Under the pieces are notes generated by a model. The model was not told the DNA's origin and ran no database searches. It was given only the letters and a program-made list of their open reading frames with translations. A stretch of 64,000 nt of DNA from assembly GCA_010909165.1 (NCBI GenBank), contig MU008166.1, forward strand, positions 558,001 to 622,000. The letters run 5' to 3'. The translations under genes and the position numbers were made by a program. The first letter of the stretch is position 1. Each line of letters opens with the position of its first letter. Of this stretch, positions 34,079-47,200 are shown piece by piece. This DNA comes from Anthoceros angustus. Lineage: Eukaryota > Plantae > Anthocerotophyta.

Positions 34079-36246
34079 CATAAGCATATAATTAACATAA
34101 GCATATTAGATTAATTAACACTAATCAATGCTTAATTAGCATAAAGCACCTTAGATTAATTAACACTAATCAATGTTGTTTAATTCGCATAAGCACCTTA
34201 GATTAATTAACACTAATTACTTACTTAAAGATAAGTAATTATATTAATTAATGCTAATCAAACACTAAACCCAAGTGCAAAGATTAGTATCACACGGCAT
34301 GACAGCCTCCATCATGTCACCTCTGAGCCTACAACTTCTTATGGAGCCTCATTGTGATGGCCGAGAGTAGTTGTGATGCCCTACATCCAATACATTCTTC
34401 TAAGTAGATTCTCAAGGCCAAGGAGCATAGTATTGAGGCCCGAGGGCTTCCCAGACAGATATTTAGCAACAATCTAAATAATATAACGACAACTTGAATG
34501 AAGACTAATAGCAACCAGGTACTACTTGGGAGATTTCAAAGACCAAGGAGCAAGAATTGAAGAGTCCTAGAGGCTAAGGCCATGTTGCCTACTTATGTAC
34601 TCTTTGTAGTGGTTCCAAATTTAAATTAGATGATCTTAGTACATATATGTTGGAGATAAAGCCAACCTTTGGTTAAGTAATAGCTAGTTAGGGTCAGGGC
34701 GAGCATTATTTAGATTATAAATAAGACATACTCAAGAGAAAATTTTGTGTTAATCATTCTCATTATTGAATTAACTTTCTGGTCTGTTCTGAAGCTCTCC
34801 AGAAACAAACAATATATCCACTCGGTCACTCACAATGATCTCTCGTGGCGGGCCACAATACTACTCCCACTACCCACATCTCAAATACTCCGAGTACTAC
34901 TGTCCTTGGTATCTACTGCTCCTACTTGTAGTTTAAAGCTGCGAAAGAATGAAAAATAAGATCTTAGTAGGTGAAAGTAGCTGTTAAATGAAGCTATTCT
35001 AGATTAGCCTGAATACTTGTGGTAAATGGTGCTATTCAAATCTGCACATGTACCCTCTCGCCTTGCTAAAATAGGCACTCACTCTAGTCCAAATCCAATT
35101 CGCTTGACTTAACTGATGGCCACACCCGTTGCAAGATAAGGACGCATGATGATGCAAAAAATAGGTATCCCGACAAGGATAAGGATAAAAAATTGAGCGC
35201 TAAAATCGGCTCCATAGCCTACTCTTGCAAAAAGTGTGAAAGCACGGAAGGTGCAGCATGTCAGTCCGAGACAAGAATGAAGGTAACTGACCTAACAAGA
35301 AGTCGTGACGAGACTGAAACCACAAAGAGTTGTGCTGGGACTGAAACCACATAGAGAAAATGGGCCTTGGGACTACAACCTAATCAAACCTATTAGGGCA
35401 AACCCTCACCCGTTAAGGCGGATTAATCCCTAGCGGACGGAGCAACTCATTTCAAGTTGTTTTGGTGTGTTACGAGATCTTTGATGTTTGAATTTTTTTT
35501 TTGGCACCGATTGAGGAGCTTCGACCTTTGAGCAAAGGTTGTTAGAGTATTTAATCTTACCCGCTTAGGGTTTACCATTAGGTTATTTATATTTAGGTTA
35601 TTTACTTGATAGTTACTTATTGAAGAGTCACCTATGCTTAGTAGATAGCCTACTAGCGATATTATTATTCATTGTATTATTGCATTCTTAATAAGATACA
35701 CTTTCTTTGTTCTCAATCCTTCGTGCAATCTGACCATGATTCATTCCGATCATGGTATCAGAGCTCTGCTCTTGACGACCATGCAAGGATGATGACTAGA
35801 TCCTCATCAGCAAGATACCTTCATCCCTGGAGGCGTTTTTCTTACATACGTTTTCTTGGATTGAGGCTATCAATGCCTTTTTTATTGATGGATTGGTATA
35901 ATCTTGCGTTTAATGGTAGCTATGATGAGACAATCCATTGTGTCGTCATAGAGGTTGAATCTCGAGTGGATCGTCTGTTTTCAACCATCGATCCTATAAA
36001 ATTCAAATTCCATTGTGCAATCGCATGAGGGATTCTATGCGTGATCGCATAAGGAATTGCAAAATATAATTTTATTAGAATCGAAATTGATGTCCGGGAA
36101 GAGTAAGGACTTGACAAAGTCACACAATTATTTGAATAATTGTGGAAGTCTCAAGCTCCAGCACCCCTCACGCACAATTTTTCAATATACAAAATTATCG
36201 AACTTTGGAAAATTATGAACCTATTTTCTAAATTACTAATCTCGAA

Positions 36247-36660
36247 ATGCCTTCCACGAAGGCGAGGTAATCGTCATCTGCGCACTTCACGGACCGCACG
36301 GTTGTCAAGCCAATTTGATTGAACCTCGGCCGCGAAGATAGTCTTTGGACGACACACAAATTGGATATTGAGTCTTCCCATTTACGAAATTGTTGTTGCT
36401 CACGGATATCTTATTTGGCGCATCAACAATCTTGAATATATTCTCGCCTCCAGTTCTTGCAGACAAGGTTACCATTCTAGTCCAGTGATCACCGACTTGA
36501 TTCACTTCTGCGAAACAAATGGGCGCTGGATCTTCTCTTCCGAGAATTGAGGCAAACCGATCTCGTGATCCAACGGATCGACAATTTCTCTTATCTGACC
36601 TGGCTGTGCTTTCCTCCCAACCTTGCTTCTGCTCCTAAAAATTCGGTTCGGGACGATTAG
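36247..36660 (+). pseudogene. Extra ORF ('ORF0') in the 5' leader of copia A, frameshifted; homologous to 48989..49537
   Basis: Cross-frame MP..RRRG...HKLDIESSHLR..YEIVVAHGYLIWRINNLEYILASSSCRQ..VITDLIHF..LDLLFRELRQTDLVIQ..CFPPNLASAPKNSVRDD*. Partial repeats at 37472-37590 and 37812-38064. Confidence 0.6.
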
Positions 36661-39600
36661 GGTTTTAGTTCACGTGAAAGGGCACATTGAAGTTAGGGTT
36701 TCGGCGTAAATACATTTAGAGTAGCGTTTGAAGTCGACATGTCTTTTCGTGATCTCCTTCAAAGCCCTTCATCCTCTCTGGTCATGTTCCTTTATTACCA
36801 TACCCTTAGACAAGCGGACCCACAGATTAGCCCACCACCCTATGTACCATGGCTCAGTCCCTCCTCTTCCCCTCCGCCACCTACACCACACCATCAAGCT
36901 GGATCCTACAACCCCGCTTCACTTCTGAGCTCAAAGAGAAGGACAGGTTTACGGGTCAGCGTTATGAGGTGTGGCGAGTTAGGATGAAGTCTACACTTCT
37001 AGCTAGAGGAGTATGGGGCATAGTTGATGGATCTATTCCCCACCAGCCGTCACTGCTCTGGAAGGGGAAAGAGACAAATGGGCTCATGCAAACAGCATTG
37101 CCATAGCCCTCCTTGTCTCCGGCTTGGCTGAGGATCTCATACCACAAATTGAGTTCCTCACCAAGGCCGGTAATCTGGTCACGGCTTGAGGCCCGGTACA
37201 AAATCAATAACGTCCTTACACTGTGCTCGCGCATGGAATTTTATGGACTAAAAATGCGAGAAGGAGACAAAGTGCTTGCTCACAGCAAGCTGACATCTCC
37301 GAGCCCAACTTACCTCACTTGCACTGCCATGGATGAGGTGGACGTGATAGCTCAACCGCCACCACCGCCAGCTTACCAATCCTTTGTAACCGCACATAAT
37401 GTTCATCAGACAGCCAAAGCCGTTGCTGGCGTGCCATTACTCTCACCTTAGATGAGGTGATAGGGGCCCTCTTCCGTGAATTGAGGCAAACCGATCTCGT
37501 GATCCAACCGGATCGACAATTTCTCTTTCAGACAGCTGTAATGCTCCTCCCAACCTTGCTTCCTGCCTAAAAATTCGGTTCGATGCTTAGGGTTTTGGTT
37601 CACGTGAAAGGGCACATTGAAGTTAGGGTTTCGGCGTAAATACATTTAGAGTAGCGTTTGAAGTCGACATGTCTTTTCGTGATCTCCTTCAAAGCCCTTC
37701 ATCCTCTGTGGCTGTTCCTTTATTACCATACCCTTAGACAAGCGGACCCACAGATTAGCCCACCACCCTATGTACCATGGCTCCCCTCCTCTTCCCCTCA
37801 CCTACACCACCGCATCAACAATCTTGAATATTCGCTCCAGTTCTTGCCAGACAAGGTTACCATTCTATAGTGCGAATTCGAGTGATCACAGACTTGATTC
37901 ACTTCTGCGAAACAAATGGGCGCCTGGATCTTCTCTTCCAGGAATTGAGGCAAACCGATCTCGTGATCCAACCAGATACGACAATTTCTCTTGTACAGCC
38001 TGCTGTGGGGCTGTTCCTCCCAACCTTGCTTCCTGTTCCTAAACATTCGGTTCAGGACAGTTAGGGTTTTGGTTCACGTGAAAGGGCACATTGAAGTTAG
38101 GGTTTCGCGTAAATACCTGTTTAGAGTAGCGTTTCGAAGTCGACATGTCTTTTCGTGATCTCCTTCAAAGCCCTTCATCCTCTCGTGGCTTTATTACCTT
38201 TATTACCCTTAGACAAGCGGACCCGCAGTTAGCCCACCCTATGTACCATGGCTCCCCTCCTCTTCCCCTCATACACCACACCATCAAGCTGGATCCTACA
38301 ACCCTGCTTTCACCGAGCTCAAAGAGAAGGACAGCGAGTCAGTTATGAGGTGTGGCGAGTTAGGATGAAGTCTACACTTCTAGCTAGAGGAGTATGGGGC
38401 ATAGTTGATGGATCTATTCCCCACCAAATGTCATCTCCGGAAGGGAAAGAGACAAATGGGCTCATGCAAACAAGATTGCCATAGCCCTCCTTGTCTCCGC
38501 TTGGTGAGGATCTCATACCACAAATTGAGTTCCTCACCAAGGCCAACAACTGGTCACTAAGGCCGACAAAATCAATAACGTCCTTACACTGCATGCTCTG
38601 CGCATGGAATTTTATGGACTAAAAATGCGAGAAGGAGACAAAGTGCTTGCTCACACCAAAGAAGCTCGGGACATCTCTCCGAGCCCAACTTACCTCACTT
38701 GCACATCATGGATGAGGTGGACGTGATAGCTCAACCGCCACCACCGCCACCCAGCTTACCAATCCTTTGTAACCGCACATAATGTTCCCATCAGACAGCC
38801 AAAGCCGGCGTTCTTTGGCGTGCCATTACTCTCACCTTAGATGAGGTGATAGGGGCCCTCTTCCGTGAAGAGCAAAGTAGGCTCTTGTCGGTCTGAAAAC
38901 CCAAAGGCGGCAGTGCTATGACTTTCCGTGGACGAGGGCATATAAAGGCAAATGCGGATCTGACCTCAACACTGTGGTTCCCGCCATGAAGGCCGGCGCC
39001 ATGAGGCGGGACCTTCATCCAAGCGCACCGTAATCAGAATCGTGTGGTATTCTGGTCATTGGGCTAATGAATGCAGGAAAAAGAAGGCCGGAGAGCCCGC
39101 AAGCCTTCTCGTCCTTCGCTAGTCTTGTCGTCGAGACAAATCTGCGAGAATCAAGCAAGCCGAGTCAAGATCCTCACGGTTTGCTTATCTACCCTCACCG
39201 TGACAAAGCAGCTTGGTACACGGATTATACATGACCCCTCGAGATGAATCCCTGTTTGCATCACTTAACCCCTCGTCTAGCATAGATAGGGTGTTTTAGG
39301 TGATGAGAATGTAACATAACTAGTCTACAAATACTAGGACATGGCTCCTGCAATTTTAGGCTTAGTGATGGTTCCATTCTAACCTTAACAGACGTCCTGT
39401 ATGTCCCTAGAATGGCCAAGAATCGCTATCACTCAAGAGATCGCTAAAACTCAGCGGTTTCGACTTTACGCTCAAGAGGGATCCTCTTTGTTTCTCTAGG
39501 GTTGGGTCTCCATCCGTACGTGTTTTTACAGCCTTCCCGAACATGATCTCTATCGCTTAGATTTCATCATCTTCCACAGCGGGCATCGGACCTATTCAAC

Positions 39601-39941
39601 AAGTGTGGGTAACTGACGCTCATGATCGTCCTTTGGCATGCCCGACTCGGCCATGTCAACCGGACTTTGGCTTCTCTTCACAAGGCTGATTATTATCGTG
39701 AGCCCTTACCCAACTGTTTCAAAGAACTCCTCTTTGTGAGACTTGTGCTCTTGCAAAAGCAGAAGGAGTTACCCTTTCCCTCTTGGCCAAAGACATAGAT
39801 CCTCGAACTCGGAGTTGGTCCATGCCGATATATCAGCCGCCAGTTTCCTCACTTGGGGGCAAATTACTACTTCACAATCACCGGTGATTATAGCAGATTC
39901 ACATGGGCGTTCCCAATGAAGAGGAAAAATGAAACTTTCCC

Positions 39942-40934
39942 TTGTTTCAAGATTGGCTTACAGCAGCCAAACAGTTGTTTGCTCAAGATCTTCCGATCGA
40001 TAATGGGACAGAGTTTGTTAATCAGTCCTTCACAAACCTCTTTGCTGAACAAGGAATAATTCATCAACTGATTGTACCTTATACACGGCAGCAGAATGGT
40101 GTCGCCGAACGCAAGAACCAGACTTTGATGGGTATGACAAGGACCATGTTGTTGTGGTCAGGCCTACCATCACCATATTGGGCAGAGGCTGTTGTGACCT
40201 CCACATATATTCTAAATAGGCTGCGTACTAGCTCCCTTGCTGCTAAAACGCCATTCGAGCTTTTCTGGAAGCGTAAGCTCAGCCTTCTTCATCTCAGGAT
40301 TTTCGGCTCTATAGGTTATGCATATGTACCTTCAGAAAAACGCAGAAAGTTAGACAACAGGTCAAAACGGCTTGTGTTTGTTGGCTACAGTGAAACTGTC
40401 AAAGCCTACAAACTGGTTGACCCTGCTTCTTTGCAACCTATCCTTGCAAGGAGTGTCACTTTCCTGGAATCCTTGCAGCCTGCCCCTCTCAATGCCCCAC
40501 GTGATGTTTTTGAACAGCCAGAATCTTCAGAAGACTCCACTAATGTTCAAGAGGGGACAGGTCTTCTTTCACTTTATCCTCTAGATGTTGATGGTACAGC
40601 TCCCATTCCGCAAGCAGTGAACCTTGATGCTAATGACTCTGACCTCATAGATGCAGTCCCCCTACATGATGTCGCTATCCAGGAGGTTGAACAACAAGCA
40701 CCTGCAGTTGAAGAACCAGTCTTAGACCACCCAGATCAGCTAGGGTTAAATGGCATGTTTGACAATGACATTCCTAATGCACAGGAGAAAATTAGAAGAT
40801 CCGATCGATCCACACTCCCGATGATGGACATGTCGTTCCCGTCAATCCTCCATATGAGGATGCTGGCCCTCGTCATTCCACTCGACACAGACCTCCACCT
40901 TCAGAATGGAAGGAACCTCCGTACACCAGCATAG
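39942..40934 (+). pseudogene. Copia integrase core and SH3-like region (element A)
   Basis: DNGTEF...PYTRQQNGVAERKNQTL...WAEAV...RRKLDNRS. Confidence 0.92.
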
Positions 40935-40989
40935 ATTTTTGCCACACTGCTTCTGCAGCTTCCTTTCCACCAGTTGTTCCTCCAGAGCC

Positions 40990-42543
40990 ATCGACACTCA
41001 CTGAGGCCTTTACTGGCCCAGACAAAGACAAGTGGAAGTTTGCTGTGGATGACGAGTACAACAGCTTGATCAAGAACGGTACTTGGCGATTGGTACCCAG
41101 ACCTACAAACAGGAAGGCCATCACTTGTAAATGGGTATTTAAGCACAAGCTTAATGCGAAGGCCATATAGCACGATACAAAGCCAGACTTTGTGCTCGGG
41201 GTTTTACCCAAGTTGCAGGCCTGGACTACCAGGAGACATTTTCTCCAGTTGTGCGTGCTCAATCCATTCGGATGATTCTGGCCCTTGCAGCAGAGTATGA
41301 CCTGGAGCTGCAACAGATGGATGTGTGTACTGCCTTCCTTCATGGGATTCTCGAGGAGGAACTCTATATGGAATGCTCCAGGCACGACCCGCACATCCCA
41401 ACCACGCCTGCTTACTTATTAAATGCTTATACGGACTTAAACAAAGTGCTGAACGCTGCTGGTACAAGCGATGCGATACAGCCCGAAATCCTTGGGTTTC
41501 CAGAAAGGTGTCGACTCAATGTATATGTCTTCCGTGATGGTTCAATTATGTCATTCTCGCCTTTATGTGGACGATGTTATCCTTGCTGCCAAGAACCCGA
41601 AATCTGTCCAAAGTGAAAACATGTTACAAGACCTTCGAGATGATGACGGTGGGGATCTTCTCTTACGCCTTGGTATTCAAGTGTTGCGGTTCGGTCGAAG
41701 GGCTTCTCATTATACACCAACACAAATACATAGCGGAGATATCGCACAAATTCAATATGGACAAGCCCATCCCGCCTCTACACCGTGAGCTGTAGGAGCA
41801 AAACTTACTGTACGAATGCTCACATCGATGATGACCGACAAGAAATGCAAGATGTCCCATACCGCCAAGTCGTTGGGAGTCCGATTTTGTGAGTAATCGA
41901 CTCGACGACATCCAACATTCGTCAAGACGTATCACAATTCTTGGACAACCACAGTCGTGCCCATCGGACTTGTTAAAGGATATTCCGCTACCTTAAAGGT
42001 TCCCATCACATCGGCCTATGCTATAAGCAATTAGGAGGGCAGCCTCACCTTACACTTGAAGGATTTACTGATGCAGACTGGGCCTCTGACAGTGATTCTC
42101 GGAAAAGCTTGTCCACCTATGTTTTCCTTCTTGCTCAGGCCACTGTTAACTGGAGCTGTAAGAAACAGACCAGTATTGCCCTATCAAGCACAGAAGCTGA
42201 ATATAAGTCCTTAACCGATGCAACTAAAGAAGTGGAATGGGAACGGTCATTCTTACATGACCTAGGACAAACGCAGACGGGACCAACTAACCTTTTTTGT
42301 GATAACCAGTCTGCCATCGCCCTTGTAGCCAACCCTCGCTTTCATGCTCGGACCAAACACATCGAGGTCCACCACCATTACGTTAGAGACGCTGCTGAGA
42401 GGGGATTAATCAGAGTTCTCTATGTTCCTACGGAGACCAATACAGCAGACATCCTAACGAAGGCTTTGGCTAAAGACCGACATCAGAAACATATGCAAGG
42501 CTTGGGGCTGATGAATTATCAAGACTATTTTAAACAGATGTGA
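40990..42543 (+). pseudogene. Copia RT and RNase H (element A), frameshifted
   Basis: SIRMILALAAEYDLELQQMDVCTAFLHG, LYVDDVILA, WSCKKQTSIALSSTEAEY, CDNQSAI, HARTKHIEV, ADILTK. Confidence 0.9.
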
Positions 42544-44265
42544 AGGACAGCAGGGAAGAACTTACGGGTGAGGCTCGAGTCCTCAGATTTGTGTTTGTTT
42601 GGTTTATCAAGATGCCTTGACCCTCCTTCTTGAGCCCCTCGACATCGGCAGGGAGGGTTATGACCAAGTACACTGCTACTGTGTGGATGAAGCTCGGCGC
42701 TTACCTAATCACCGAGTTGTTGGCGCTCTCCTTCTTCCTCCCCGCAACTTCTTTAGCTTCTCTAAGAGGAGCTCGGCTTCTCGAAGGGGCCTTAGCAGCT
42801 CTCCTCGCCAGATCCGGAGGCATCTCCTCCTCCTTCAGAGGCTTCACCCAAAGTGTGATGTTCAAGAAGACTTTCCAGCCGCCAATTAGTGGAACCCACG
42901 ATATCTGTTCATCCCACTCTTCCTCGGGTTGGTGGCGGGCGCCTCCCTAGCTCTGCCGCCTCTACCCGTCTCGCTGGCTTGATGGCATGGTACACCAGAA
43001 TCACCCTTGCAATTTGTTGGTAATCTTTGCAGGTGAGGCCGCAAATGCAAATCGGTTATAGTCGCCATCTTCACCGGCCACGCGATCTGGCGTAACCGCC
43101 TCGCTCCGTGACCGCCTTCTCTCGCGTCATCCTCTACGGTCCCGCACATTATTTCTAAATCTGGTGCCTCTGCTTGGAGCCTTCCTAAGCGTTTCGCAAG
43201 GGAGGTGTTAGAGTATTTAATCTTACCCGCTTAGGGTTTACCATTAGGTTATTTATATTTAGGTTATTTACTTGATAGTTACTTATTGAAGAGTCACCTA
43301 TGCTTAGTAGATAGCCTACCCAACAGTCATTATTATTCATTGTATTATTGCATTCTTAATAAGATACACTTTGCTGTTCTCAACCCTGTCGGGCACTTGA
43401 AAGACTATGCTCATTTTTGGATAATCAAGTCGGATACCATCTTTATGCCTAACATGGGAAGATTCCACAAAAATTCCTTATAACGGAGAGGTGGATAGCT
43501 CTACAACCTCTAGGTAGTTTAAAGGGCCCATTTTTGTGTTTGGAAAATCGGAATAGCATGCTACATTCCTCAAATAGGGTTGAATTTTTTGGTGCATGAT
43601 CGTAATGTGTTAAAGTTTTTGAGAGCAACGCATGCTCACTCAATTGCCAAAACAAAGAAAGATGCTTTAATTAAGCACTGATATGTCTTATATACAAAAA
43701 TGTCAAGAGTCATGACTATTCATAATCCTAAACTTTAGGCTGCTAACAACAGCTACGTTTACTTATGTATATATAAATATATATATAACCCTGAACCCAG
43801 ATTATATATCGTAACACGCCCCCTTAAACGGAGCTTTCTGTTAGCAACGCAGAAAAAATTGGCAGACATGGCGGGATCCTTCACACAATGGCAGGATGCG
43901 CGTTCATGATCGCCATTTTCCTCCTGAGCCAGCACATCAAAGCACAGCAGAGAAAACAGGGAAAAACAGGTGCGCAACCTCGAACACCGGTATCTGAGGA
44001 GCAGAGGGTGCGACTTCACAACGGACCAGAAATGACAGCTCGCAGGATGGGAGTTCCGGCTATGGATCGCTTTCTCAGCTGTGAAGGCTCCCGAACCACA
44101 ATATCTGATGACAGAAAAGAGATGCTGACAAAACAGCTGAAGAAGGCTGCCGCTTGTCCCCTTTCTCCAGAGAAGTGACTGCTGTCACCTTTCAGCTGCA
44201 GTGTGCGATTAGGACTGAACTGTTGAGCTTCATCCGCACCACCTGTAGCTGTTGGACCATAGATG

Positions 44266-47200
44266 CTAGGGAGAAGGACAGGGCTCCACACCAAGAGCTT
44301 CCATAAACTGATGATGTTTGCTAGAAGGCAGATACTTGGTCAACAAATCTGCCGGATTAAGATCTGTGGAGACATGCTGGAGCCTGACCACCTTCTCCTC
44401 CACTTGTTGGCGAATAAAGTGATGTTGCACTTCAATGTGCTTGGTACGTGCGTGGCAGGGATTAAACGATCCTTATGAATTGTGGAGATGTTATCACAAT
44501 GGAAGCGTCGGTGTGGAAACCAAGGCCTGCAGAAGGCACGCCTCCCAAACTTGGCGCCCGGTTAGAGCTTTGTACTCTGCCTCGGTAGAGGACAGAGACA
44601 CAGAAGCTTGCTTCTTAGAGCTCCACTGGACAGCGGCATTAGAAAGGATGAAACAGTAGGCTAATATGCTTCGCCTGGCATCTGGATTGGTGGCCCAATC
44701 GGCATCAGCAAATCCAAACACGGTAGGTGTGCAATCTCGCCCCCTGAAGCATAAGCCATAAGTCATAGTGCCTTTCAAATGCCGTAAGATGCGCTTAACC
44801 GCACTCCAGTGGGCCTGACCAGGATTGTCAAGAAATTGTGAAACCGAGCTGACAGCATACTGGATATCCGGACGAGTCCAGCAGCTGATGTAGTTTAAAC
44901 ATCCAACCGCATGACGATATGGATACTGGGACATGGCACGGCATCATCGATGAGGGCAATTGTCGTGAAAGGTTAAGACCAGAACACGAGTAGACCGCGA
45001 TTGGAAGAAGCCAGATGGAATCGGTGGAGAGTCTCAGCGATATACTTGCTTTGGTGAAGCATAAGAGTTCGCTCATCCAGGTTACGAACCAACTGAACAC
45101 CAAGCACAAAGGTGAGAGGGCCGATATCTTTCATGTCGAATTTCTTATGCAGCATACTCTTAACCCAAGCGAGTAACTCCGGATTGTTGGATGCCAGAAT
45201 GGCATCATCAACATAAAGAGCCAAGATGACAAGATGGCCTCCCTTAGAGTACATATACACGTTGGCATCACCAGGGTTCTGCACAAAACCGATGGATTTG
45301 AGGTACTTATCGATGGTTTTGTACCACTCACGTGCAGACTGCTTGAGACCGTAAATAGTCTTCTTCAAACGACATACCCAGGTAGGATGTTCAGAATCAA
45401 CAAAACCCTCGGGCTGTTGCATGTAGATATCCTCCTTAAGCTCACCATACAAAAACGCAGTACAGACGTCCATCTGCTGCAAATCCCATGCATGAGCAGC
45501 GGCAAGAGCAAGTATCATTCTGATGGATTGTGTTTTGACAACAGGGCTGAAGGTGTCCTGGAAATCAACACCCGGAATTTGAGTGAAGCCTCGAGCGACA
45601 AGACGGGATTTATATCTGGCAATCTCGCCTTTCTCATTGAGTTTGTGCTTGAATACCCACTTACAGCTGACCACCTTGCGTCCCGCAGGCAGAGGGCAAA
45701 GTTCCCATGTATCGTTCTTAATAAGTGAATCGTATTCATCTTGGATGGAGGGTATCCAATGAGCTTGATCAGCTCCAGTGATAGCCTCAGTATAAGTACG
45801 GGGCTTGAAAACGGAAGTTCCTCGCATCCTTGAGAAAGGCTGCCTTGACGCCAAAATCGACGGTATGGAGGTTCTTTCCACTGAGTTGGTGGTAACCTCT
45901 CTCGGATGGGATATCTGCGCTCAGCTGGTGGAGCGGGTATAGGGATGTCATCTTCAGCCTCCACTGCAAAATTAGGTAACAAATCGGCGTCGACTGAAAC
46001 ATCTGAAGCTTGGGAGATATCGTCTGGAATGTCCTGATTCGCTTGCTCATCATCTGCAGGTGCTGGGACAGGTGCAGGAGCACCGGCCTGATCTTGAGCA
46101 TTCTCAGCAAATTCTGGGAGAACATCTGCTGCAGGGTCCTCGTCGGGATCAACTGGATTGCCTGGTGGGGCATGTTGAACAGCAGGATCAAACACGAGGG
46201 AATATTCCGAGCTTGCAGCCACAAAATCATCTTGGGGAAACTCAGATGTATCTTCCTCGTCAACAACATCGGTGACAGTAAAGTTGGAAGGGGTATAGGG
46301 CACCGAATCAAAATACGGCTTTGCAGGACTGGTTAGCTCACGGAAAGTGACACTCCTGGCGAACATCGCAGAATTGGTAAGGGGATCATAAAGCTTGTAC
46401 GCCTTTACTTCTTCACCGTAACCAACAAACAATCGTGGCTTGGCACGGGCATCTAACTTGTGTCTCTTTTCCTCAGGGACATATGCGTAGGCTGGAGAGC
46501 GAACACTCTGAGATGAAGTAGACTCGGCTTTCTTCGCCATATGACCTCATAGGGGGTTGCACCATCCACAGCACTTGTCACAAGACGATTGAGAATGTAA
46601 GTTGCCGTTACCATTGCTTCAGCCCAGTATGCTTTGCTAAGACCCGACCATTCCAACATACTACGAGTCATCCCTAACAGAATCTGGTTACGGCGTTCAG
46701 CAACGCCGTTCTGCTCCTGGGTATAGGGGACAATCAATTGGCGGACAATACCCTGATCCAGAAGAAACTGATTGAAGTGGCCATGTGTAAATTCTGTACC
46801 ATTATCGGTACATAGGCACTTCAACAAGCAACCAGTCTGCCTTTGGACCATTTGCAGCCACTCTTGGAAGAGTTCAAAAGTGTCAGACTTGAGCCGCATC
46901 GGGTATGTCCAAGAATACCGACTAAAATCATCGGTAAGTGTAAAATAGTATAAAGCTCCACCCAAAGAGGGTATGTGGACCTTTCCAGAGATATCTGCAT
47001 GTACCAGTTCCAGAATCTGTGAAGCTCGATGTGCCTTGGATGTTGGAAAGGGTCTCTCCTTTTGTTTTGCTATAACGCAGGCATCACACAAAGGAAGGTC
47101 CTTAAAACATTTTGGCAGAGGCTCTCTGTAGCAGGTCAGATTAGACATCTTTATCAGCTTGTCACGGTTGGCATGACCTAGTCGGGCGTGCCAAAGACTG

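Larger units (their letters stand above)
35540..43427 (+). mobile_element. Ty1/copia LTR retrotransposon A (heavily frameshifted, gag region triplicated)
   Basis: 5' LTR 35540..35752 (TGTTAGAG...GATCA), PBS TGGTATCAGAGC 35753..35764, gag starts MSFRDLLQ at 36739/37669/38145, integrase 39942..40934, RT ~41000-41800, RNase H 42109..42543, PPT AAGGGAGG 43198..43205, 3' LTR from 43206. The 3' LTR end is approximate and no clear TSD was found. Confidence 0.92.

Noticed and set aside
35535-43432. TSD for copia A
   Set aside because: Left flank AAGGT does not match the right flank, and the 3' LTR end is too divergent to fix.
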